Shown here: piece after piece, positions 50,177 through 59,579 of the stretch
Position numbering within the stretch: the stretch's first letter is position 1
How the letters are laid out: each line of letters starts with the position of its first letter
Source of the DNA: Pristiophorus japonicus
Lineage: Eukaryota
Reading direction: 5' to 3'
Assembly: GCF_044704955.1 (NCBI RefSeq)
Contig: NC_091985.1
Span: 145,824,001-145,888,000 of the forward strand
Length of the DNA: 64,000 nucleotides
Translations under genes and position numbers: made by a program
The notes under the pieces: model-generated
Database searches by the model: none
What the model was told of the DNA's origin: nothing
What the model saw: the letters and a program-made list of their open reading frames with translations, nothing else

Positions 50177-50357
50177 CTGGTCATTTCCAGTAACATCAGG
50201 GGATGTCAGCACTGTAACTTTTGACAAAGCTTCCCCACACTCTGTGTCTCACTTACCCATCAGAAGTTTCCGGGAGAATAAAGGCAGCAAGCAGAGGCAG
50301 GAAAATCCAGGCAAACACTGGCTTCCTCCAGTATCCTGAGCCTTTCTGAAAAGCCAT
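34809..50357 (-). CDS. RNASET2: Ribonuclease T2; 9 coding exons, 768 nt, 255 aa with signal peptide
   Basis: Exons 50357-50257, 44718-44658, 43274-43219, 39732-39675, 38415-38351, 36547-36434, 35680-35635, 35547-35473, 35000-34809. All introns GT-AG with consistent phases. CAS I WTVHGLWP and CAS II WKHEWMKHGTC intact. Confidence 0.95.
35335..35410. repeat. Perfect 38-bp tandem duplication
   Basis: tataaatcaagtgcaaaatggagaccttcgtacaactt x2. Confidence 0.9.
35473..35547 (-). CDS. RNASET2: RNASET2 coding exon 8 (VEDIEKALVSVYGVTPKIQCLRLTQ)
   Basis: tttag acceptor, GTAATT donor. Confidence 0.95.
35635..35680 (-). CDS. RNASET2: RNASET2 coding exon 7 (SVLQKSGILPSTNYYM)
   Basis: ttcag acceptor, GTAAGA donor. 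Confidence 0.93.
35935..36244 (+). mobile_element. RTE-clade LINE 3' end
   Basis: Degenerate C-terminal Cys/His motif (CTTGYRDCNSHIGLYSHLRTH) and gagggactgcctataatgatga tail. Confidence 0.75.
36434..36547 (-). CDS. RNASET2: RNASET2 coding exon 6 (CAS II: WKHEWMKHGTCAATLESLDTQDKYFSKALELYHQLDLNS)
   Basis: gtgcag acceptor, GTAATC donor. Confidence 0.97.
37400..37850 (+). mobile_element. Degenerate CR1 3' end
   Basis: TRGH-like segment (acgagagggcac) and CR1 tail. Confidence 0.6.
38351..38415 (-). CDS. RNASET2: RNASET2 coding exon 5 (DILSELEHWWPDVIHPNTTMLW)
   Basis: ctgcag acceptor, GTTTGT donor. Confidence 0.93.
39071..39325 (-). mobile_element. CR1 3' end
   Basis: aacataagaaataggagcaggagtaggc terminus. 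Confidence 0.85.
39675..39732 (-). CDS. RNASET2: RNASET2 coding exon 4 (PKHNMMCNRSWHFDVRNVK)
   Basis: aatag acceptor, GTGGGT donor. Confidence 0.94.
40635..41525 (+). mobile_element. CR1-group (Crack/L2-like) LINE 3' portion, degenerate
   Basis: MFVDDCTVF...QQDLDNIQ and IYKAQVRSAMEYSPLAW. Tail shared with short elements at ~5170-5335, 29385-29520 and 50930-51190. Clade assignment uncertain. Confidence 0.8.
42105..43160 (+). mobile_element. SacSINE/DeuSINE-like SINE split by a MITE
   Basis: Head at 42105-42193 and body at 42843-43160, co-linear with 18300-18708. Confidence 0.7.
42194..42842. mobile_element. Non-autonomous DNA transposon (PIF/Harbinger-like MITE)
   Basis: TIRs ggggtcaaaattcggtt / aaccgaatatcgacccc (15/17 match); imperfect 3-bp TSD tag/gag. 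Confidence 0.7.
43219..43274 (-). CDS. RNASET2: RNASET2 coding exon 3 (LWNHTCKVLPNYWTVHGLW, CAS I)
   Basis: tcgcag acceptor, GTAAGC donor. Confidence 0.96.
44658..44718 (-). CDS. RNASET2: RNASET2 coding exon 2 (TKHPWHTLSLSHHWPWTVCL)
   Basis: tcgtag acceptor, GTGAGT donor; conserved HWP-x-TVC. Confidence 0.94.
44828..45240 (+). mobile_element. Old unnamed tRNA-headed SINE; related copies at ~4750, 17370 and 29800
   Basis: A-box-like gtggctcagtgag, B-box-like ttgaatccctgg, and shared body motifs between copies. Confidence 0.5.
45310..45580 (-). mobile_element. CR1 3' end
   Basis: acacggaaacaggccgttcgg terminus. Confidence 0.7.
45749..46067 (-). mobile_element. U2/U1 snRNA-derived chimeric retroposon (SINEU-like) with poly(A) tail
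   Basis: On -: U2 nt 2-29, U1-like 5' segment, Sm-like site, U2 SLIII and SLIV, a second U2 SLI, a hairpin tail, then A11. Confidence 0.85.
46338..46905 (-). mobile_element. CR1 3' portion
   Basis: [25 protein letters not shown]. Confidence 0.85.
46908..49960 (-). mobile_element. Long degenerate CR1 LINE (APE through RT to the 3' end)
   Basis: ORF fragments 47335-47784, 48195-48587 ([15 protein letters not shown]) and 48804-49070. Internal 23-bp duplication near 47888-47932. Confidence 0.92.
50139..50175. repeat. (GA)n microsatellite
   Basis: Visible in sequence. Confidence 0.9.
50257..50357 (-). CDS. RNASET2: RNASET2 coding exon 1, signal peptide (MAFQKGSGYWRKPVFAWIFLPLLAAFILPETSDG)
   Basis: Hydrophobic leader; phase-2 GTAAGT donor fits exon 2; acceptor at 50374-50376 implies an upstream UTR exon. 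Confidence 0.88.
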
Positions 50358-50473
50358 TTCACGTCAACTTTTCCTGCGAGCAGAAATATATGATTGGGAG
50401 ATTAATGCTGTTCAGTGCTTCACCATTCTTTAGGTGCTTGCATCCAAATGTCAGAGTTCCAAGTGCAAGGTGA

Positions 50474-50830
50474 CAACAACAACTTGTATTTATATAGCTC
50501 CTTTAACGTAGTTAGACCCAAGGCACTTCACAAGACGGTTATCAAACAAAATTTGACACTGAGCCCCACAAAGAGAAATTAGGGCAGAAAAGAGGTCGGT
50601 TTTAAGAAGTGGAAGAGGTGGAGAGGTTTAGGGAGCAAATTGTAGAGCTTGGGGCCTAGGCAACAGAAGGCACGGCCACCAAAGATGGAGCGACTAAAAT
50701 GGGTGATGGTCAAGAGGGCAGAATTAGAGGAGCGCAGACATCTCGGAGGCTGGAGGAGATGACAGAGATAGGGAGGGGCGAGGCCATGGAGGGATTTGAA
50801 AACAAGGATGAGAATTTTAAAACAAAGATT
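50474..50830 (-). mobile_element. L2 3' end
   Basis: acaacaacaacttgtatttatatagc terminus. Confidence 0.85.
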
Positions 50831-52304
50831 TTAAATCTCTTTCCAATGTTCTTTGCTCCTTGCTGGGATATGAATCCATTGGGAACTTCAGTGCAGTGCC
50901 CAAGCAACCATTACAAGGGTATGTTAGCCTAGTGACTCTGGATTAGCAATCCAAAGGCCGTGAGTTCAAATCCCATCAGGGTCATTTGTGAATTTGAGTT
51001 CATGAAATCTGGTCATTTGTGGGCTAGTACCAGAAAATGTGACCAGGAAAATCCAACTCTCACTCTGATTAATGCCCTTCAGGGAAGGGAACCTGCTGTC
51101 CTAACCCGGTCTGTGACTCCAGTCTCACACTATGTTTTTGATTCTTAATAACCCCAGGGTAACTAGGACTGGGCGATAAATACTGACTAGTGCAGGCTAT
51201 CTAACTGTGGAACTGAAGCTAGGAATAGGAGCAGGGATCCTGACGCAATCCTTTCCCAAGCCAGAAGCGACAGCTCGCATGTCACCTTGAAGCCCCATCT
51301 CATCCATGGCAAACCCTCTCCTCACCTGACACACTCTTCCCATCAGGGTCAATGTACAGCGATCAGGAGTTAACTCCAGGACACCGGGACAACTGCCCTG
51401 CTCTTCTTCAAAATAGTGCCACAAGATCTTTTACCTCCGCCTGATAGGATGGACGGAGCCTTGGTTTAACGTTTCATCCGAAAGACGGTAACTCCCAACA
51501 GTGCAACACTCTCTCAGCACGGTTATGTGCTTAAGTCCCACAACCTTCTGACTCAGAGGCGAGAGTAAGTATAGTAATCTTGGTTACTTCTGCCTAACTA
51601 CTGGAATTAGACATAAAAATAAATGAATGTAATATTCAATTGGCCACAAGATGTGTTTCATTAAACATTGAATACAAACGTAATCGTATTATACCTAGCT
51701 TCCTGATAAAGATGATTGTTCCCTTTTGTGAAATGAGGGTCATTATTGTTTGGCATATCCCCAGGAAACTCCAAAGCATCTAACTCCAATGAAGTACTTT
51801 TGAAGTGTAGTCACTTTTGTAGACAAACACAGCAGCAATTGCGTAGACAGCAAAAACCCACAAACAGCAATAAGACAAATGCCCAGAATCTGCTTTGTTG
51901 GTTGAGGGTGGAATACTGGCCCAGGATAAAAGTGACTAAATACAAGATGGACTTGAATCCACTGGCCACTGCCCCCATTCCCCACCTAGTGCTCATTTTC
52001 TTTAGGTTTTATTTTCTGATCCCACCAGAAACGCTAACCTGGTTCCCTCTTTCAGACGCTGACCAGCCTGCTCTACATTTCCAATGTGTTGCTGAATTAA
52101 AGCCGTCACAGGAACTCCTAACGCAAGCTCATGTGATGTGCAGTGTTGCTGCAACTTACCGTACATTCACTTGCATAACTTTACAAGTTTAAACATGGCA
52201 AGAGTGCCTCTGACACAACCCTCCCACGGTGGATAAACCAGTCTTTGAGCATTTTCTCCATAAACAACGAACCAATGGCAGCAGCTAAACACGATTGCTG
52301 CTCC

Positions 52305-52326
52305 ACACACACACACACACACACAC
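52305..52326. repeat. (CA)n microsatellite
   Basis: Visible in sequence. Confidence 0.9.
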
Positions 52327-52599
52327 TATTCACATTTAAAACTGCACATCACGCAGAACAAGCTGGCCACGAACTCACAAAAAAGTACAACATAAACAAA
52401 TTCTGATCCTGGATTGGTAGTTTATGAATTTTATATTAAAACCAACATTTTATGCCCTCTACTTCTGAAGGCACTAACTAGGGCTGGGGTGCAATGGGGT
52501 AGCTCTGTATACCACCCCAGTGGTTACCCTCATTGTGCGAGCCTGGACTGCCAGCTATTCGACCGGGGGAGTTGTTTATTCTCCAGGATATTGCGGAGG

Positions 52600-52990
52600 T
52601 CCAAGAGCCCCATCTATCCCCGGGGGCCAGCCCCTACGGGGATCACCAGGGGGACACTGACCCCTCTCCCCCTCTCCCCCTCTCTATACCGGACCAGCCG
52701 GGGTCCCACACCCCCAGAGCTTGCAGCCCGCCCTCTGTCCCGGTTCTCTCGCTGCCGCTCCTACAACTCGGCCACTTTTATTGTGCTGCCGTCAGCGTTC
52801 AACACGTTGCACCCTACACATTCTGTACATTGTACGCCATACATTGCGCCCTACACTTGGTAAGCGATCCCCGCACTCACTCACCCGCTCCGACCCTCCG
52901 ACAACAAAAGGCACCGCTCGGTCCGATCACGTGGGATAAGTTGTTGCACAACGCAGTGGGTGGGGCTCAGATTATAAGTGAGCGGGGAAC
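52600..52990 (-). promoter_or_regulatory. RNASET2: Probable RNASET2 promoter and non-coding first exon, with an E-box/CLEAR-like motif
   Basis: CpG-rich; GTGAGTGAGT donor(s) at 52884-52875 on -; TCACGTG at 52927-52933. Confidence 0.6.
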
Positions 52991-53481
52991 ATGGGGACAG
53001 GACTAGGCTATTCAGCCCCTGGAGCCTGTTCTACCGTTCAATCAGATCATGGCTGATCTGTGATCTAACTCCCTTCATCTTAACGAAGTGCTGGGCCGAA
53101 TTGAGATAGTAATAGCACAAGTTAGGAAACTAAAGGTGAGTCTGGATAAGGTGTGATCAAATACAAAAAGGACTTCCAGCCTATCACAGACCTTCCCTTT
53201 TGTTCTTTCTACTGCCCCATACCCCCACCCCCTTAACAGGGACCCAGCACTTACATAAGAACATATGAAATAGGACCAGGAATAGGTCAATTGGCCCCTC
53301 AAGCCTGCTCCACCATTCAATAAGTTCATGGCTGATCTGATCATGGACTCAGCTCCACTTCCTTGCCCGCTCCCCATAACCCTTTACTCCCTTATTGCTC
53401 AAAAATCAGTCTATCTCCGCTTTAAATATACTTAATGGCCCAGCCTCCACAACTCTCTGGGGCAGAGAATTTCATAGATTT

Positions 53482-54266
53482 TGCAGAAAAAAAATCAAAG
53501 AGCAAGTTATTATTTAAATGGAGAAAGATTGCAAAGTGCTGCAGTACAGTGGGACCTGGGGGTATTTGTGCATGAAACACAAAAGGATAGTATGCAGATA
53601 CAGCAAGTGATCAGGAAGGCCTATGGTATCTTGGCCTTTATTGCAAAGGGGGTGGAGTATAAAAGCAGGGTAGTCTTGCTACAGCTATTCAGGGTATTGG
53701 TGAGGCCACACCTGGAATACTGCAGCAGTTTTGGTTTCCATATTTACAAAAGGATATACTTGCTTTGGAGGCAGTGGAGAGAAGGTTCACAGGGTTGATT
53801 CCGGAGATGAGGGGGGTCAACTTATGAGGAAAGGTTGAGTAGGTTGGGCCTCTACTCATTGGAATTCAAAAGAATGAGAGGTGATCTTATCGAAAGGTAT
53901 AAGATTATGAAGGGGCTTGACAAGGTGGATGCAGAGAGGATGTTTCCACTGATGGGGGAGACTAGAACTAGAGGGCATGATCTTAAAATAAGGGGCCACC
54001 CATTTAAAACTGAGATGAGGAGAAATTTCTTCTCTCAGAGGATTGTAAATCTGTGGAATTCGCTGCCTCAGAGAGCTGTGGAAGCTGGGACATTGAATAA
54101 ATTTAAGACAGAAATAGACAGTTTCTTAAATAATAAGGGGTTATGGGGAGCGGGCAGGGAAGTGGAGCTGAGTCCATGATCAGATCTGCCATGATCTTAT
54201 TGAATGGCGGAGCAGGCTCGAGGGGCCCTATGGCCTACTCCTGTTCTTATTTCTTATGTTCTTATG
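53482..54266 (+). mobile_element. CR1 3' portion nested antisense in a same-family CR1
   Basis: ORFs 53481-53798 and 53835-54179; (ttcttatg)n tail. Confidence 0.92.
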
Positions 54267-55278
54267 TACAACCCTCTGAGAGAAGAAATTTCTCCTCATC
54301 TCAGTTTTAAATGGGTGGCCCCTTATTCTAAGTCTATGTCCCCTAGTTTTAGTTTCCCCTATGAGTGGAAATATCCTCTCTGCATCCACCTTGTCAAGCC
54401 CCCTCATTACCTTATAAGCTTCGATAAGATCTTTAATTCTTCTGAACTCCAATGTGTATAGGACCAACCTACTCAACCTATCCTCATAAGTCAACCCCCT
54501 CATCTCTGGAATCAACCTAGTGAACTTTCTCTGAACAGCCTCCAATGCAAGTATATCCTTCCTTAAATACGGAGACCAAAACTGTATGCAGTACTCCAGG
54601 TGTGGCCTCACCAATACCCTGTACAGTTGTAGCAGGACTTCTCTGCTTTTATACTCTATCCCCCCTCCGCAATAAAGGCCAACATTCCATTTGCCTTCCT
54701 GATTACTTGCTGTACCTGCATACTAGCTTTTTGTGTTTCATGCACAAGGACCCCCAGGTCTCTCTGTACTGCAGCACTTTGCAATTTTTTTCCATTTAAA
54801 TTATAATTTGCTTTTCTATTATTTCTGCCAAAGTGGATAACCTCACATTTTCCCACATTATACTCCATCTGCCAAACTTTTGCCCACTCACTTAGCCTGT
54901 CTATATACCTTTGCAGATTTTTGTGTCCTCGTCACAATTTGCTTTCCCACCCATCTTTGTATCATCAGCAAACTTGGCTACATTACACTCGGTCCCTTCA
55001 TCCAAGTCATTAATATAGATTGTAAATAGTGGAGGCCACAGCACCGATCCCTGCGGTACCCCACTAGTTACTGTTTGCCAACTGGAAAATGACCCATTTA
55101 TCCCGACTCTCTGTTTTCTGTTAGTTAGCCAATCCTCTATCCATGCTAATATATTACCCCCAAACCTGTGAACTTTTATCTTGTGCAGCACCTTCTTATG
55201 TGGCACCTTATCGAATACCTTCTGGAAATCCAAATACACCACATCCACTGCTCCCTCCTTGTACACCCTGCTCGTTAC

Positions 55279-58200
55279 TGTTATATATGTGGACTTGTAT
55301 TTACTCTGTACAGCCACCATAGGGCTCAATCCCCGGAGTCCCAAGGGATCCCATAATCCCTTGGGAGCCCAGGTATTTAAGAAGGCGTCACAGGTTGGAG
55401 AGGCACTTTGGAGACCTGTAATAAAAGATTAAGGTCACACTTTACTTTGAGCTCACAGTGTTCAGTCTGACTCTTTCTCCATACACAACAACTGGCGACG
55501 AGATACAGATAGCGAACCCAAAGATGCAGAGACCAGTGGGCATCCTAGAGACATTTTCGGAGGGAGATGATTGGGAAACTTTTGTGGAGCGACTCAATCA
55601 ATACTTTGTGGCCAACGAGCTAGATGGGGAAGAGAGCGCTGCCAAATGAAGGGCGATTCTCCTCACCGTCTGTGGGGCACAAACGTATGGCCTCATGAAG
55701 AATCTGCTCACTCCAGCGAAACCCATGGAAAAATCGTATGACGATTTGTGCATACTGGTCCGAGAGCATTTGAACCCGAAGGAAAGCGTTCTGATGGTGA
55801 GGTACCGGTTCTACACCTACAAAAGGTCTGAAGGCCAGGAAATGGTGAGTTATGTTGCCGAGCTGAGACGCCGTGCAGGATATTGTGAATTTGAAGGACA
55901 TTTGGAGCACATGCTCAGAGACTTTTTCATACTTGGCATTGGCCACAAAACCATACTTCACAAGCTTTTGACTGCAGAGACCCCAACCTTGAGTAAGGCC
56001 ACAACAATAGCCCAGGCGTTTATTGCAACCAGTGACAATACGAAGCAAATCTCTCAGCGCACAAGTGCTGCTACAAATGCTGTGAACAAAGTGATGTTGT
56101 TTTCGAATTGTAACGTACAGAGCAGGTCACACATACCTGCAGCTACAAGTCCGCAGATGTCTGAGTCCACCATCAAGGTTGATGAATGCAAGGCCATTAA
56201 CACCTTTGTTGGTACTGCGGGGATGATCATCGTTTCCATTCATGCCGATTCAAGGGATACGTTTGCAAGGGCTGTGGAACAGTGGGACATCGCCAACGAG
56301 TGTGCAGGCGAGCTGCGAAGCCTGTTAAACCTGCAAACCACCATGTTGCAGAGACGGTCAGATCCACGGAGGACCACTACGAACCAGAGCCTCAGATCGA
56401 GGAGGCAGAGGTACATGGGGTGCACACATTCACCACGAATTGTCCCCCGATAATGCTGAATGTTGAACTAAATGGACTCCCAGTGTCAATGGAGCTGGAC
56501 ACGGGTGCGAGCCACTTCATCATGGGCAAAAAGACTTTCAAAAGGTTGTGGTGCAACAAGGCCTCAAGGCCAGTTTTAATTCCAGTTCGCATGAGACTAT
56601 GAACGTACACTAAAGAACTGATTCCTGTAATCGGCAGTGTACCTTAAAGGTCTCCTACGATGGAGCTGTGCATAAGCTACCACTCTGGGTGATACTGGGC
56701 GATGGTCCCACGCTGCTCGGCAGGAGCTGGCTGGGAAAGATACGCTGGAACTGGGACGATGTCCGAGCGCTATCGCCTGCTGACGACATTTCGTGTGCCC
56801 AGGTCTTAAACAAATTTCCTTCGCTGTTCGAACCAGGCATCAGGAAATTCCAAGGAGCAAAAGCGCAGATCCACCTAATTCTGGGGACGTGACCCATCCA
56901 TCACAAGGCGAGAGCATGATGAGAGAAAGGGTAGAGATTGCGCTAGACCGGCTGCAACGAGAGGGTTTCATTTCACTGATCGAGTTCAGCGAGTGGACCA
57001 GTCCCATTGTCCCAGTCCTTAAGGGAGACGGCACCGTCAGAATCTGTGGCGACTACAAAGTAACTGTCAATCGTTTCTCCCTGCAGGACCAATACCCACT
57101 ACCAAAAGCCGATGACCTCTTTGCAATGCTGGCGGGAGGAAAGACATTCACGAAGTTGGAGCTGACCTTAGCCTACATGATGCAGGAACTGGAGGAATCA
57201 TCGAAGGCCTTCACCTGCATCAACACGCACAAAGGTCTTTTTGTTTATAACAGATGCCCGTTTGGAATCCGATCAGCGGCGGCGATATTCCAGAGAAACA
57301 TGGAAAGTTTACTGAAGTCGGACCCGCACACCGTGGTCTTCCAGGAGGACATCTTGGTCACAGGTTGGAGCACAGTCGAGCACCTGCAGAATCTAGAGGA
57401 GGTTCTTCGTCGACTCAACCGCGTGGGGCTCAGGTTAAAACGCTCGAAGTGTGTTTTCCTGGCACCTGAAGTGGAGTTCCTGGGAAGGAGGATTGCAGCG
57501 GACGGCATCAGGCCCACCAACGCGAAGACGGAGGCAATCGAGAACGCACCGAGGCCACAGAACGTGATGAAGCTACGGTCGATTCTGGGACTCTTGAACT
57601 ACTTTGGTAACTTCTTACCGTGTCTCAGCACACTGCTAGAACCACTACATGTCTTACTATGAAAAGGGGGCGAATGGGTTTGAGGCAAAAGCCAAGAAAA
57701 TGCCTTTTGTAAAAGCGAGAAAATTGTTATGCTCAAATTGCTTGTGTTGTATGATCCATGTAAGCGTTTGGTACTAGCATGTGATGCGTCGTCATAGTTT
57801 ATGTTCTTGGCGCTCCAAACCGTGGTCCAGGGTACACGTCAACTATGCAGACCCGTTCTTGGGTAAAATGTTCCTTGTGCTTGTAGACGCGTACTCCAAG
57901 TGGATTGAATGTGAGCTAATGTCGGCTAGCACGTCCGCTGCCACCACTGAAAGCCTGCGGGCCATGTTTGCCACACATGATTTAGCCGATGTCCTGGTGA
58001 GCGACAACAGGCCATGTTTTACCAGTGCTGAGTTCAAAGAATTCATGACCCGTAACGGGATCAAACATGTCACATCTGCCCCGTTTAAACCAGCGTCCAA
58101 TGGTCAGGCAGAGAGAGCAGTGCAAACCATCAAGCAAGGCTTGAAGAGGGTAACTGAAGGCTCACTGCAGACTCGCCTATCCAGAGTCCTGCTTAGCTAC

Positions 58201-59027
58201 CGCACGAGACCACACTCACTCACTGGGATCCCACCTGCTGAACTGCTCATGAAAAGAGCACTTAAGACAAGGCTCTCGTTAGTTCACCCCGATCTACATG
58301 AACAGGGAGAGAGCAAGCAGCTTCAACAAAGTGCATACCATAATAGCGCCAATGTGTCACGCGAGATTGAAGTCAATGATCCTGTATTTGTATTAAATTA
58401 TGGACAAGGTCCCAAGTGGCTTCCCGGCACTGTCGTGGCCAAAGAGGGGAGCAGGGTGTTTCAGGTCAAACTTTCAAATGGACTCATTCACCAGAAACAC
58501 TTGGAGCAAATCACACTCAGATTCACAGACTACCCTGAGCAACCCACCTTGGACCCTACCTTTTTTGATCCCCCAACATAGGCACCATTGGCAACCGGCA
58601 CCATGGTTGACCACGAAGCAGAACCCATCATCCATAGCAGCCCTGCAGGGCCCAACACACCAGGCAGCCCAGCAAGGCCAGCTGCATAGCAGCCCAGCGA
58701 GGGCCCAATGATTCAACAACACCAGCTTTCACACCGAGATGATCAACCAGGGCCAGAAGGGCCCCAGATCGACTCACATTGTAAATAGTTACACTATTGA
58801 CTTTGGGAGGAATGTTGTTATATATGTGGACTTGTATTTACTCTGTACAGCCACCAGAGGGCTCATTCCCCAGAGTTCCAATGGATTCCATAATCCCTTG
58901 GGAGCCCAGGTATTTAAGGCAGCTTCACAGGTTGGAGAGGCACACTGGAGACCTGCAATAAAAGACTAAGGTCACATTTTACTTTGAGCACACAGTGTTC
59001 AGTCTGACTCTTTCTCCAGACACAACA
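55279..59027 (+). mobile_element. Gypsy (Mag-like) LTR retrotransposon, defective
   Basis: 212-bp LTRs (TG...CA) at 55279-55490 and 58816-59027; 5-bp TSD gttac; PBS tggcgacgag; PPT gggaggaa; gag, protease LDTGAS, RT (FQED), integrase core. Confidence 0.96.
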
Positions 59028-59445
59028 GTTACATCCTCAAAGAACTCCAGCAAATTTGTCAAACATGATTTCCCTTTCATAAAACCATGATGAATCTGCT
59101 TGATTGAATTATGCTTTTCCAAATGTCCCGCTACTGCTTCCTTAATAATGGACTCCAGCATTTTCCCAATGACAGATGTTAGGCTAACTGGTCTATAGTT
59201 TCCTGCTTTTTGTCTGCCTGCTTTTTAAAATATGGGCGTTACATTTACGGTTTTCCAATCTGCTGGGACCGCTCCAGAATCCAGGGAATTTTGGTAGATT
59301 ACAAGCAATGCATCCACTATCTCTGCAGCCACTTCTCTTAAAATCCTAGGATGTAAGCCATCAGGTCCAGGGGATTTGTCCGCCGTTAGTCGCATTATTT
59401 TACCTAGTACTACTTCCTTAAGAATTGTTACATTTCGAACATTCG

Positions 59446-59575
59446 CCAGTTCTGACGAAGGGTCATCAACCTGAAATGTTAACTCTGTTTATCTCCACAG
59501 ATGCTGCCTGACCCGCTGAGATTTCCAGCATTTTCTCTTATTTCAGATTCCAGCATCCGCAGTATTTTGCTTTTG
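59446..59575 (+). ncRNA. Penelope-type repeat with a minimal type I hammerhead ribozyme motif (probably decayed)
   Basis: agtt-CTGACGA-agg(gtcatcaa)cct-GAAA-tgtt-aact. Confidence 0.6.
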
Positions 59576-59579
59576 TTTC

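Larger units (their letters stand above)
53253..59420 (-). mobile_element. CR1 LINE hosting a nested CR1 (+) and a nested LTR element
   Basis: Pieces 53253-53481, 54267-55278 and 59028-59420 join seamlessly into RT and 3' end. Confidence 0.92.

Noticed and set aside
52414-53006. 149- and 157-aa plus-strand ORFs
   Set aside because: Low-complexity frames across the CpG-rich RNASET2 promoter, with no homology or splice support.
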